A stretch of DNA of 64,000 nucleotides, taken from NCBI GenBank assembly GCA_964016885.1, contig OZ024741.1, positions 216,442,001-216,506,000 on the forward strand, given 5' to 3'. The position numbers and the translations under genes are program-made. This document shows positions 13,121-25,590 of the stretch, piece after piece. The notes beneath the pieces are model-generated. The model made no database searches, was not told the DNA's origin, and worked only from the letters and a program-made list of their open reading frames with translations. This DNA is from Eledone cirrhosa (lineage: Eukaryota). Position 1 is the stretch's first letter. Each line of letters opens with the position of its first letter.

Positions 13121-14125
13121 TAAATATGTATATACACATGTACATATGTATGTTTACGTGTATGTATACATGGGTGCATGTGTGTGTATATGCGTGGGGA
13201 CATAGAAATAGTCGGGCTGGAAAACCGATCGCGTGGTTAAGCCACTGGGAGTGAAGGACCCCTAACCTTCGACCCTCTACCGATACTGCCGACCCTCTAC
13301 CGATACTGCCAATCCACCGCCCTTAGAATTAATGAATAATTATTAATAATGGTACATCGTGCAATGGCCATACACAATAACGAGGGGGCAGCCATCATGT
13401 ATGTGTGTATGTATGTATGAATGTATGTATGTATGTATGAATGTACAGACCCGTAAGTCTTGCTGGAGTTGCTGGGGCACCGTCGTGTCATAGGTCGTGT
13501 CTTCTGCACTTTAAAACTGTTGACCTTATCTTTACCCCAAATCTTCGAGAGAAGAGAGAGGGTGAGAGAGGGAGAGAGAAGTGGATAGAGAGAGAGAGAG
13601 AGAGTGAGAGAGGGGGAGAGGGGTAGAGGGAGAGAGGGAGATAGGGAGAGAGGGAGAGAGGGAGAGCGAGTGAAAGAAAGAGAGAGACACAGAGGCATCA
13701 GAAAGATATATAGAAGACGATTTAACCCCTTATACTGAACTTGTACTTGTTGTTATCGAACTCGAAAGTATGAGAGGCAAGGTTGACCTAGAAGGATTTT
13801 AGAATACCGAGAGCTGAAAAGTCTATCGTAAATCATTGTATCCGACGTTCTGACAACTCTGTCAATTTACCGCCTAAGTGATTTATACTGCTTTTAACCT
13901 TTAGGTTACATTAACAAAATTTAGGGCCACATTATATTAAATGTTCAGCTCCAGCACTAACTCCAGCATGGCTCTTCTGTCTAATTTACAAACTATCTAA
14001 TACTAAATACATATATAAATGTATGTGTGGACCCCTACCTCCTGAGGGAATCATAAGGGTGCCATATTGACATAAGGTGTTTGTAGGGCATTTTAAAACA
14101 CAGAGGAGCTCATATTCTCTCCAGG

Positions 14126-15074
14126 TCTGAATAAAGCCGATTTCTACCAGAAAAGGATAGAGAGTCAGATATAGAAAAAGAACCGACCCCAGTACTTGAC
14201 TGGTACTTCTTACGTAATCTTGAGTCCCAAATAATAGGGGGTGTTGGAATAAGCGGGGTGTGGACATTTTTTTAAATTCCTATAAGTGGGGGTTTGGAAT
14301 AAACCGGGCTTGTGGAAATGGGTAATTGTATAGTGTACGTTTGTAAATATGGGATTTCTTTTAATGTTCTTTATTTTTGTCATATATAATGTTTTTTAAA
14401 TGTTAAATAAAATAATTATTACATTCTCCAGTTTCTGTATCAATACGAATCACTTACAATAAAATTTCGTCGGAGATAGATTAGGAAAATTTAATAAGCG
14501 GTGGGGGGTTGGGTGGACTAAATTCTGGTGTGACGAACTCCATAAGTGTGACAAGCCTCACATTGTTTGTTGTATCAACATCCGTATTCGGTTCAATTTG
14601 ATCTTCCGAGCAACTTCTATATTAAATCCTCGATATTAATTCTGGGAAAATAATTAAATATTTATTATTAAACAACAGATATATTTTATTTGTTCATTTC
14701 ACTGGAAATAGTGTTTTGTTTTTATGTTGGACACTTACGTAGGATCATATATCATGTCATGTTTCTCTCGGATCTCTGGGTCACTCTGACACCAAATCTC
14801 GCAGAGATCAACTCAGGGTTTATAAAGTAAAGTACCAGTTAAGTACGGGTAGGGGTCAATGAAATAAGTAGCAGTTAAGTACTGGGGTAGATAAAATAGA
14901 ATATCAGTCATGTATTGGGGTTGATAAAATAGAGCACCAATTAAATACTGGGGTAAATAAAACAGAATACCAGTCAAGTATTGCATTTGACAAAATAAAG
15001 TACCAGTCAAATACTGAGGGTCGATGAAATAGGGCACCACCAGTCTATGAACACATTTTTGGATGAGGATAATA

Positions 15075-15109
<35 letters not shown>

Positions 15110-15167
15110 AGAGGTAGTAGCTGTTGTAATGACAAATATGATGATGGTGATGATGATCAGTTATTGA
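14126..15167 (-). repeat. right arm of ~1 kb inverted duplication
   Basis: Reverse complement of 4656-5631. Confidence 0.9.
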
Positions 15168-15199
15168 TTAGTTATTGATGAACACTTTCCTCATATATT

Positions 15200-16100
15200 G
15201 TGAACTTAATCCCTAAACACCAATGAAAGCGGGAAAAGCTCTGTCTTGTGGAGCCTCTGGGACTTGTACAGACTTTAAACTTGTAGTTGACTGGTGTCTT
15301 GTATTCTCAGTCACTTAGCACTAATGAAACTAATGAAATGGGATGGCACATGGCTTAGTGGTTAGAGCATCGGGCTTGCAATCGAAAGGTTGTGAGTTCA
15401 ATTCTCGGACCGGGGGGTGTGTTGTTTCCTTGAGCAAGACACTTTATTTCACTTTGTTCCAGTTTACTCAGCTGTAGAAATGAGATCATAGGACTGGGGG
15501 TCCCTATCATTAAATCACCCAAGACACCTCCAACGAGATATACCTTGGAGGATGCCAGCTAAACTTGCATAGGTTTGAGCTGTAATAACAACAACAACAA
15601 TGAAACCAGGATTAGCCCTGGCCTGATGAGGCATCAAGGCTTGGGACAGAATTCACCTCTACAATTGACTAGTATTCTGTCCAGGGGAAGCCTTGTTATT
15701 TCAGTCACTTAGCACTAATGAAACAGGAATTAGCTCTGGTCTGATGAGTTCTCAATGCTTGGGAAAGGCTTTAACCCTGCGATTGACTGGTGTCTTATCC
15801 AGGGGAAGTTATGCTCTCTCAGTCACTTAACACCAATGAAATCTGGATAAGCTTTAACCTGATGGGCCTCTGAGCTTCTGACATATTTTAAACCTACAAC
15901 TGACTCATGTCCTGTCCAGAGGAAGCCTTGTTCTCTCAGTTACTTAACACCAATAAAACCAGGATAAGCTCTGGTCTTGGAACAGACTTCAAACCTGTAA
16001 TGGACCGGCGTCCATTCAGGGGGGTGACTTGTACTCTCAATCATTTAACACAAATGAAATGGGGGTATGCTCTGGAGTGATGAGGCTCTGGAATTGTGAC
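15200..16100 (+). repeat. diverged ~120-bp tandem repeat resembling a V-SINE-like central domain
   Basis: About 6 units of cctgcgattgactggtgtc.tgtccaggggaag..ctcagtcacttaacaccaatgaaaccaggataagctctggtctgatgag, interrupted by a SINE head at 15341. Confidence 0.7.
15341..15485 (+). mobile_element. tRNA-derived SINE (family 2) 5' part
   Basis: A box TGGCTTAGTGG, B box GAGTTCAATTC and ccttgagcaagacactttatttcac core. A diverged copy lies on the minus strand at ~41745-41875. Confidence 0.75.
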
Positions 16101-16834
16101 AGACGTTACTTTTTTACATATATAAATGAAATCTTCCGTCATAAGCTCAACAAGAATTTGAAGATTCCAACTGTTATTTCCGAGGTTCCATACTTTGTGA
16201 TTGGATTCCACTTTCTTTGGCCGCCTTTTAACTGTTCGTTTCTTTTAGCGTTGCCAATGGCTGCCACTGTTCTTCGTCTCCATCATTGATTTGTCGAAGT
16301 GACGTCACTGATATATTCTGCTCTAGCATCAGCCATTTTACTTCTATTTTTAATCGATGTAATCAACGTTCTGTTAATATTTCTGTTGATAATTTAGTGA
16401 GAAACATGTTCATCCCCATCAGATGTTTTATATATAAAATGTACATTAACTATAGCTTAAACTTATCTCAGTACTGAGTGAGTGAACCTCACCGATGATA
16501 GATAAACATCCTGAAACATTGGCGTCTGGGGTTCTCACACGTTTACTGAGATGGCAGTAACAATGATCACAGCTTAAAACATACAGAGCGATATTTATAC
16601 ATGAACACATCGTATACACACTTCCAATATAAATCACGCTATGTTCTCTCTCGCACTCAGACTTTTTGTCTCCTCATCAGGATTTTAGCTAAAATATTTT
16701 ATTTGTTTACTTGAGTTCTTATCTTAAAATAGGCTTTTTAATTGTTCATATTTCTTGAAGCACTTTGAATGTGGTTGTTGTTTTGTCTTGCCTCTTACTC
16801 CACTGAAAACGTTTTGGCTTGTGTCAGACGCTGT

Positions 16835-16905
16835 GACCACCGGTGGACAAGCAGTACTGTTGGAAGGGGTCGAAACTGCCAGAAGTACATCTCGATGGCT
16901 GAAGA
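16835..16905 (+). ncRNA. candidate permuted (pseudoknotted) hammerhead ribozyme, family C
   Basis: gacc..ggtggac aa gcag-UA-ctgttgg aagg ggtc-GAAA-ctgc cagaa gtacatc tcgatgg-CUGAAGA. Stem I is wobble-rich. Confidence 0.5.
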
Positions 16906-17034
16906 TCTTGGAGTTCTGTGTCTTTCGTTTGTATTTTTTTTTTCTAAATATCTAAAAAAAAAATTTTTTTCAATTTGCCTTGTTTTCATTCGTTGTCTTA
17001 ATATTTACTTCTGCGTTCACAGATTGACTTTTTT

Positions 17035-17085
17035 AGTTTCAGAAGATCCCGTTAAGAGTGAAAGCAGCGATTCTTTGCTTAAACT
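17035..17085 (+). ncRNA. type I hammerhead motif with CAGAAGA core variant
   Basis: agttt-CAGAAGA-tccc gttaa gagt-GAAA-gcag..ttgc-UU-aaact. Same family as 58407 and 59581. Confidence 0.6.
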
Positions 17086-17192
17086 TTAATCTGTTATTTT
17101 AATAAATATTTGCTCTACGGTTCTTATATATTTGATATATATTTATCTTTATCGAGCCCACTTTGGATTTTAGTCTTCAAATTTATTATTAT

Positions 17193-17252
<60 letters not shown>

Positions 17253-17254
17253 AT

Positions 17255-18232
17255 GTACGGCCACTACTTTATATCCATGTAGGAGTACTCCTACCGATGC
17301 GCTGAACGAGTGTGACTTTTTAATCCTTCTCCTAGAATTCTGCCCTGACAAAAGCTAAGGGGTCATCTCTCCCGGTTATTTTGGATGGCCATTGACTCTT
17401 AAGAGTTCCTTTGCCCTTTGACAGGTTTTGTTTTTAGACCTGCAGGATGTCCAAAGTCACCCTCCTCACCAAGAAACCTTGGTGGGGTTGACAGTTTAGT
17501 CGCCAACGACCCAACCATGGGACAGGTTGTACTGGGATACATGTTACCAGTAGCACCAACTGGTGACCTGGCATAATACATACATACATACATACATACA
17601 TACATACATACATACATACATGGTGGCTGCCAACTCGTTTTCGAGTACGGCCACTACTTTATATCCATGTAGGAGAACCCATACCGATGCGCTGAACGAG
17701 TGTGACTTTTAGTCCAGTTAGCGACTTGAAAACTCTAGTACAAACACTACACTTGTGACAATTATTGACACATAGTGCTCGGCCCATGGTACCATGTGAC
17801 GACAAGTGCAGAGAGATCTCCAGATATAAAGCAATGCCTGTGCTGTGAAGCTTTTATAGTGAGCAAAGGCACTGCACAAAGCCAGTCCCACTCTCTTAAC
17901 CAAGATGATATTTACCAAAAAGAAGAACAAGTCAACATCATTGGATACCATCAGGGTTGCAGGTGTTATATCAGAGTTTTCCTTCTCCTAGAATTCTGCC
18001 TTGACATACATACATACATACATACATACATACATACATACATACATACATACATACATGGTGGCTGCCAACTCGTTTTCGAGTACGGCCACTACTTTAT
18101 ATCCATGTAGGTGAACCCCTACTGATGCGCTGAACGAGTGTGACTTTTTAGTCCAGCCAGCGACTTGAAAACTCTGGTACAAACACTACACTTGTGACAA
18201 TTACTGACACATAGTGCTGGGCGCATTGTACC
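17255..18232 (-). mobile_element. three tandem pieces of the non-autonomous RTE-derived family
   Basis: Reverse complement of the 3085-3657 modules, separated by (CATA)n. Confidence 0.7.
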
Positions 18233-18248
18233 CTATACATACATACAT

Positions 18249-18326
<78 letters not shown>

Positions 18327-18487
18327 TTATATATATATATATGTATGTATATATGTGTGTGTGTGAGAGAGAGAGAAAGTGTGTGTGTGTGTGTGTGTGT
18401 ATAAGCAGATAGAATCGTCAAATACCTAGATCTGAACGTATATATACCTAGAAAAAAACTAATTATTGAATGTCCCTATATGTAAAT

Positions 18488-18853
18488 AATTGTTTCTACT
18501 TTTGGCACAAGGCCAGTAATTATCCAGTGCATTACTGGTACTTTATTTTATCGACCCCCGTAAGGATGAAAAGCAATGTTAACCTTGACGGGATTTGAAC
18601 TCAGACCGTAAAGGGACGTAACTATGCTGGAAAGCATGACGTCCGACCCAATACGTAAATAATATACAATAACTGTTTCTACTTTAGGCACAAGGCCAGC
18701 AATTACCCAGTGCATTACTGGTACTTTATTTTATCGACCCCGTAAGGATGAAAGGCAAAGTTAACCTCGGCGGGATCTGAACTCAGATCGTAAAGTGACG
18801 TAACTATGCTGGAAAGCATGGCGTCCGACCCTCTACCGATACTGCCAATCCAC
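18488..18853 (-). mobile_element. two tandem family-1 SINEs
   Basis: Reverse complement of 1631-1824. Copies at 18488-18650 and 18672-18853. Confidence 0.85.
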
Positions 18854-19344
18854 ACACTCGGAAAACAAAACACCTGCTAGATAAGACAATAGAATTCCAA
18901 ACTCATCACTAGTACAATCAGTAAAACAAAACTACTTATGAACTAAATGTCTACACTAGAACCAAGACATTCTTCATAATCCTTACCTCAGACATCATCC
19001 ATATTTCCCAAACACTAATCCGCTCTAAATATGAATACAGGGAAGACGCATGTTTATAAGCTGCAGCCGTCATATTACGCAGTTTCTTTATAAGAATAAA
19101 CATTAAACAATATTATCTGCAGCAACTGTGACCCCATAGCGTAATAATCGATAACTAGACACATCACTATGACTAATGAATGAAATTATTTAGACGGTAG
19201 AGCCCAATCCCACCTAACATACCAACATCTCTGCGATAGACTATAGTTCAAAATTAACCCATCCTGAACCACTTACATTGCAAATACCTATCAAGTTCAT
19301 CAAACATACCTTACTTTAAAAACTGGATACTATGTATGTATATA

Positions 19345-19419
<75 letters not shown>

Positions 19420-19422
<3 letters not shown>

Positions 19423-19742
19423 GAGTGAGGTTTTTTTACAAAATGAAAAATAACTGAGGTGTCCTACACGAGTGAAAGTATAAAGAAAAAGAGATGAAAT
19501 CGAAAATGCAACTGGAGTCTTATTTTTTTTTTAAATATATATATTTATTTGGTTCCTTTACCGGTTTCGTAGTTCTTCTGCTTTTCAAAAGGTGAGTTGA
19601 GATGGAGGGTCTAAACCACAGACCCTCCATCTCAACTCACCTTTTGAAAAGCAGAAGAACTGCGAAACCGGTAAAGGAACCAAATAAATATATATATTTT
19701 TTAAATAAGACTCCAGTTGCATTTTCGATTTCATCTCTTTTT

Positions 19743-19749
<7 letters not shown>
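19420..19749. mobile_element. asymmetric fold-back element in (TA)n (Penelope pLTR-type)
   Basis: Arms 19479-19612 and 19620-19749, with the left arm extended. HHR in both arms. A solo copy lies at 27130-27280. Confidence 0.75.
19640..19677 (+). ncRNA. minimal type I hammerhead, U3-A8 variant
   Basis: cctt-UUGAAAA-gcag aagaa ctgc-GAAA-ccgg-UA-aagg. Mirror copy at 19555-19592 on the minus strand. Confidence 0.75.
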
Positions 19750-19795
<46 letters not shown>

Positions 19796-19800
<5 letters not shown>

Positions 19801-19926
19801 CAGTTAGTTCACCATACCGAGAACAATTTTTTCACCTTAGCGGATCCTCAGCTCGTAATGGGTATCCGAGCTGAGGATCCGCTAAGGTCAAACAATTGTT
19901 CTCGGTATGGTGAACTAACTGTTATA
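19796..19926. mobile_element. 130-bp fold-back in (TA)n made of two inverted hammerhead motifs
   Basis: ccgag-CUGAGGA-tcc gctaa ggt-(G/C)AAA-caattg-UU-ctcgg at 19866-19905. A partial copy with intact GAAAcaattgUU lies at 26685-26722. Confidence 0.7.
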
Positions 19927-20153
19927 TATATATATATATATATATATCGTTTCTGAATTTGTTTAGCAAGATTCTTTATCTGAAATCGTGTGTTGAAACC
20001 GATATTGTTATACTTTGGGAGGGTCATGTTGCCAATAAGAAACACACGCACCAGTTGCTTTCACTTCAATTTATTATAATAAATTTATAATCAATTTATA
20101 AATTTATAAATTTCTGGTTGGTTGGTTCCACAACCAGATAGTTGTTTATATAT

Positions 20154-20198
20154 AGTCATAGTTCTTTCGTCACACACTCTGTGACCTCTTCAGTGACT
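20154..20198 (-). ncRNA. minimal type I hammerhead in inverted pLTR
   Basis: Reverse complement of 24522-24566. Confidence 0.8.
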
Positions 20199-20398
20199 GG
20201 GGATTCCTTTCTTTGTTTCTGTGCCTCTCCTTTGTTCTGTCCTACGCCATTTTGTTTCTGTGTGTGTGTTGTGTGCTCAGTCTGCGCATGCGCCACATCC
20301 GGGTGTCTGTGTGTGTTTATGTTCATTTATTTATTTGTTTATTTACATGTTACTGGTTGGTTGTTTGTTCTATGTGTGTGTGTGTTTTCATTTTGTCC

Positions 20399-21133
20399 TT
20401 AATTGTAAGTTGTGATGTTGCTGTTCCACTCATATTTTCTATTTAATTTTGGTTGTAATTCTTTTATGTTTATTGCCTCTGTAATTTGTCTAAACATTGC
20501 GTCTTTTCTGTGTGTAGATTCTATTTTTATTTCTATGTTCTCTAATTTACTCTTGTGTTCTATTTTAGCATGCTGGTAGAGTACAGATGATTCTTTATTA
20601 TCTTGAAGGTCTCGCCAGTGTTCATTTATCCGTTCCCCTACACTACGAGCTGTCTCACCTATGTACACTATATTTTTGTCTCTACATTTTCCTTCAGTAC
20701 ATCTTATGCTATACACTACATTTCTAGTTTTACAGTTAATATGGGGGCTTATTTTACAGGTTATACATTTCTTATCTATACATGAGGGTCTTTGAAAAGG
20801 GTATGTCTTTCTAATAAGTGTTTTTACGGAGGTACCTGGTCTTTCTACTATCTTAATATTGAGTTTATGTTTATTTAGGGCCCTTCTAAATTTGTAAGCT
20901 AATTCACCTCTAGGGGTTGTATCGATGAACATTACACTCTGGTATTTATTGCTATCATACCATGAGTTTATTCTATTAGCCTTGTTCCTAGTTCTTTCTA
21001 TTCTATTCCAAAATTTGCTCCTATACAAGGGGCAGGTCCCATTTATGTCATTATTTACCATTTTTTCCCATTTGGTTCTGGCTCCTCTATACACTCTGAT
21101 TTTATCTCTCTGATTGTAGCCAGAGAACTGCAT
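20399..21133 (-). pseudogene. inverted copy of Penelope linker + GIY-YIG endonuclease
   Basis: 244-aa ORF nearly identical to the C-terminus of 22348-24321. Confidence 0.9.
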
Positions 21134-21136
21134 ACG

Positions 21137-24100
21137 GTGGATAGATACAAGATTGACGGTATAAATATGGCCGACACCTCATTAACAGAAGAGTTTAACA
21201 ACAACAACACAAATATATACGGTAACACAAGAATAGATAACGATGAGATGTCTGTGTTATGTTTACCCCCGAAATTTGCGACATTCAAGAAGGTAAATTT
21301 GTTTAGTTGTCTGTCAGAAATAGAAAAATCATTTACAAAACTACGCTGGAGCCTCAAAAACAAAAACAAAAACAAAAGCAACAATATACGCACACACATA
21401 TACAACACACATTCCAACAACAACAGACACATAGACACAAACAACAATAACAACAACACACACACCAACAACAACAACAATAACAACATACCCAGAAACA
21501 ACAACAACAGACACGCAGACACAAACAACAATAACAACACACACAACAACAATAACACACACGGAGACAACAACAACACACATCAACAACAGCACACATC
21601 AACAACAACAACACACACACATTCAATGCCTCTCACCACCACCACAATCTTAACAAACACACAGACACAGAAAACAAGTAATGACAGTAGCACAGAAATC
21701 ATAGAAATAAGGGAAAGTAATAGGATTAAAAAGAGAAGGGAGACTAAGACAAAGAGAATAACCAAGACGAACACACAGACACACAAAATAGGGTAGATAA
21801 CAACAATGAGCCAGTGGAAAGAGACAGGAGTAATTGTGAGAGACATAGAAACAACCATGAGGCTGTTGGTGGAAATAGAAATAGAAACAACACAACTAAC
21901 AATAACAATAGCACTAGTACACATAAAGCAGCAGCCTGGAACTCTACGTTTTATAATCCCTCCGATAAATCATTCGACCTGCGACGAGTCCACGCCACGA
22001 CTTTACCATTTAGCAAACGCAGGCAATTGCCGTCGCAGGTCGATGAACAAACAGAAGCACAATTTAGTATAGCTAGATCCGAACTTAGAAATATTATAGA
22101 ACAGTATAGCAAGAAGCATAATAGAATGGAGGCCCAGCAACTGGGAGAAAAATCTGCAAATGGCTTGCGTAAGCTCATGCAGCGCTCACGTAATGGAGAG
22201 ATAGCATGCTTTCCAACAGACAAGTCTGGCAGAATGTCGGTTGACAGCCTGCCAAACTACATCCAGGAAATGTAACCCCACATCACTAACACAATAGAGG
22301 TCACACCACAGGAGCATGAGGATAGAGAAAAAGCCCTCAATGCCCATATGGTGATGTGGACGAATATAATGCAGCCCAACAAAAGGACTGCCAACAACTT
22401 CCAGGCCTGGAACAATGACGTGCCGGCGTTGTATGGGCTTCGAAAAGACCATAAAACGGGCTGTGACCCTGTCGCGGGACCACCAACACGGCCAGTCTGT
22501 GGAGCTAACATTGATAGTAACTACAGACTGTCCTACTTCCTCTCCCTAATCATACGCCCCATCATTGATATGTCCCCAGATGTATGTGACAGCACGGAGG
22601 ACCTCCTCAGCAGAATCGGCGGGAGTAACCGATCTGGGGACCTAACAAACTGCATAATAGGCAGTATGGATGTTGTGTCCCTGTATCCATCTATTGACGT
22701 GGATTTTGCTGTGGAGAAATGCGTAGAAATGATCAGTGAGAGCAAGGTTGAGTTCCGTGGGATTGATACCAGTGAGCTGGGACTCCTACTTAAGCTTACC
22801 TATAGTAATAATTACCTAGACACATATGACCTTAGCAACCTGTGCCCTACAAGACCAGTAAGAGGCAGACCACCTACCATTACCTCAATGGCCAAGAAAA
22901 CCCACACAGATAGATGGAACGGGTGGACCAGAGCCATACGGACACCCGAAAACCACGATGAACTGAAGAAAATGATTGCACATGCGGTAGGGGCCAGCAT
23001 AAAACTAACCCTTAAGGAACATATGTTCAAATTTAATGGAAAAACATATGCCCAAGAGGAAGGAGCAGCCATTGGTGTTAGCATTGCAGGCGACATAGCT
23101 AACTTATTCATGGTATGGTGGGACAGTAGACTTAAACTTAAACTTAAAGAACAATTAGAAGACAGCTTAACCCTAATAATGTACTCCCGCTACGTAGATG
23201 ATATAAACATCGTAGTTAAGACACCCCCACTAGAGAACAGTCAAGAACTAGAGAAAAACACGATGGAAAGCATCCAGCAAATAGCAAACTCCATCCACCA
23301 GAGCATTAGAGTTACTATAGATTACCCAAGTAAACACCCCAACCATCGATTACCTGTACTAGACACAGAGCTCTGGTTAGATACCATTAACAACAAAAAA
23401 CAAATCCTCCATTCCCATTATGCCAAACCCATGACTTCCAAACATCTGATCCACCGAAACTCGGCCGTTTCGGACCATACCAAAATCAACATACTGATTG
23501 CGGATTTGGTACGGGTGATGAGAAATGTGTCCCGCATGTGCAACCTCGAAGAACTAGAGAGACACATACAACACTTCATCCACCGTATGCAGTTCTCTGG
23601 CTACAATCAGAGAGATAAAATCAGAGTGTATAGAGGAGCCAGAACCAAATGGGAAAAAATGGTAAATAATGACATAAATGGGACCTGCCCCTTGTATAGG
23701 AGCAAATTTTGGAATAGAATAGAAAGAACTAGGAACAAGGCCAATAGAATAAACTCATGGTATGATAGCAATAAATACCAGAGTGTAATGTTCATCAATA
23801 CAACCCCTAGAGGTGAATTAGCTTACAAATTTAGAAGGGCCCTAAATAAACATAAACTCAATATTAAGATAGTAGAAAGACCAGGTACCTCCGTAAAAAC
23901 ACTTATTAGCAAGACATACCCTTTTCAAAGACCCTCATGTATAGATAAGAAATGTATAACCTGTAAAATAAGCCCCCATATTAACTGTAAAACTAGAAAT
24001 GTAGCGTATAGCATAAGATGTACTGAAGGACAATGTAGAGACAAAAATATAGTGTACATAGGTGAGACAGCTCGTAGTGTAGGGGAACGGATAAATGAAC

Positions 24101-24321
24101 ACTGGCTAGACCTTCAAGATAATAAAGAATCATCTGTACTCTACCAACATGCTAAAATAGAACACAAGAGTAAATTAGAGAACATAGAAATAAAAATAGA
24201 ATCTACACACAGAAAAGACGCAATGTTTAGACAAATTACAGAGGCAATAAACATAAAAGAATTACAACCAAAATTAAATAGAAAATATGAGTGGAACAGC
24301 AACATCACAACTTACAATTAA
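21137..24321 (+). pseudogene. Penelope RT/GIY-YIG polyprotein (657-aa open part 22348-24321; upstream one TAA at 22273 and a frameshift)
   Basis: LCLPPKFA..E.E....KLRW, PTDKSGR, LYGLRKDHK, RPV, SMDVVSLYPSI, GAAIGVSI, RYVDD, LPVLD, VAYSIRC..YIGETAR...ERINEH and RQITEA..LNRKYEW. Confidence 0.93.
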
Positions 24322-24521
24322 GGACAAAATGAAAACACACACACACATAGAACAAACAACCAACCAGTAACATGTAAATAAACAAATAAATAAATGAACA
24401 TAAACACACACAGACACCCGGATGTGGCGCATGCGCAGACTGAGCACACAACACACACACAGAAACAAAATGGCGTAGGACAGAACAAAGGAGAGGCACA
24501 GAAACAAAGAAAGGAATCCCC

Positions 24522-24566
24522 AGTCACTGAAGAGGTCACAGAGTGTGTGACGAAAGAACTATGACT
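24522..24566 (+). ncRNA. minimal type I hammerhead in Penelope pLTR
   Basis: agtca-CUGAAGA-g gtcaca gagtg tgtgac-GAAA-gaac-UA-tgact. Confidence 0.85.
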
Positions 24567-24724
24567 ATATATAAACAACTATCTGGTTGTGGAACCAACC
24601 AACCAACCAGAAATTTATAAATTTATAAATTTATTATAAATTTATTATTATTTATTATAATAAATTGAAGTGAAAGCATCGGTGCGTGTGTTTCTTATTG
24701 GCAACATGACCCTCCCAAAGTATA

Positions 24725-24794
<70 letters not shown>

Positions 24795-25195
24795 AGATCA
24801 AAAGATGGTTAAAGGAGTTCCATGTATTTTATTATGCGCATTTCAAAAACAAACATCATCATGCAATAATATTTGTGTTTTCATCAGATAAAACAGGAGA
24901 ACATGATATGAAGGCTAAAAAACACTTGTGGATAGTGCAGTTTTAAATCAACATATCTGCACTATCCACAAGTGTTTTTTAGCCTTCATATCATGTTCTC
25001 CTGTTTTATCTGATGAAAACACAAATATTATTGCATGATGATGTTTGTTTTTGAAATGCGCATAATAAAATACATGGAACTCCTTTAACCATCTTTTGAT
25101 CTGATATATTTTGTATACTCCAGTCCTACAAACTGTAGAGTGCTTCTTATCCGATATCTGCATTCCTTTATTGTACTACAATAAAACTCACTTCC

Positions 25196-25199
<4 letters not shown>
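24795..25199. mobile_element. asymmetric fold-back element in (TA)n
   Basis: Arms 24795-24941 and 24957-25102, with the right arm extended ~100 bp. A related solo copy lies at 52745-52880. Confidence 0.8.
25004..25070 (+). ncRNA. type I hammerhead with palindromic stem III
   Basis: ttttat-CUGAUGA-long stem II-GAAA-tgcgca-UA-ataaaa. Confidence 0.8.
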
Positions 25200-25583
<384 letters not shown>

Positions 25584-25590
25584 TAGATAG

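Larger units (their letters stand above)
19947..24724 (+). mobile_element. Penelope-like retroelement (Naiad-like) with inverted 3' copy, inserted in (TA)n
   Basis: RT + GIY-YIG ORF. 19947-21142 is an inverted copy of the 3' end (from ~23578). HHR in both pLTRs. Confidence 0.95.

Noticed and set aside
15600-15760. GAAA..hairpin..CTGATGAG in the 120-bp repeat as a hammerhead
   Set aside because: Only one hairpin lies between GAAA and CUGAUGA, with no UH site or stem II; it is SINE-domain sequence.
16655-16690. CTGATGAggagac..gtct on the minus strand
   Set aside because: No GAAA or stem III follows; at best a truncated remnant.
22273-22275. In-frame stop in the Naiad-like ORF as selenocysteine recoding
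   Set aside because: The codon is TAA, not TGA, and no SECIS element was identified; it is most likely a point mutation.
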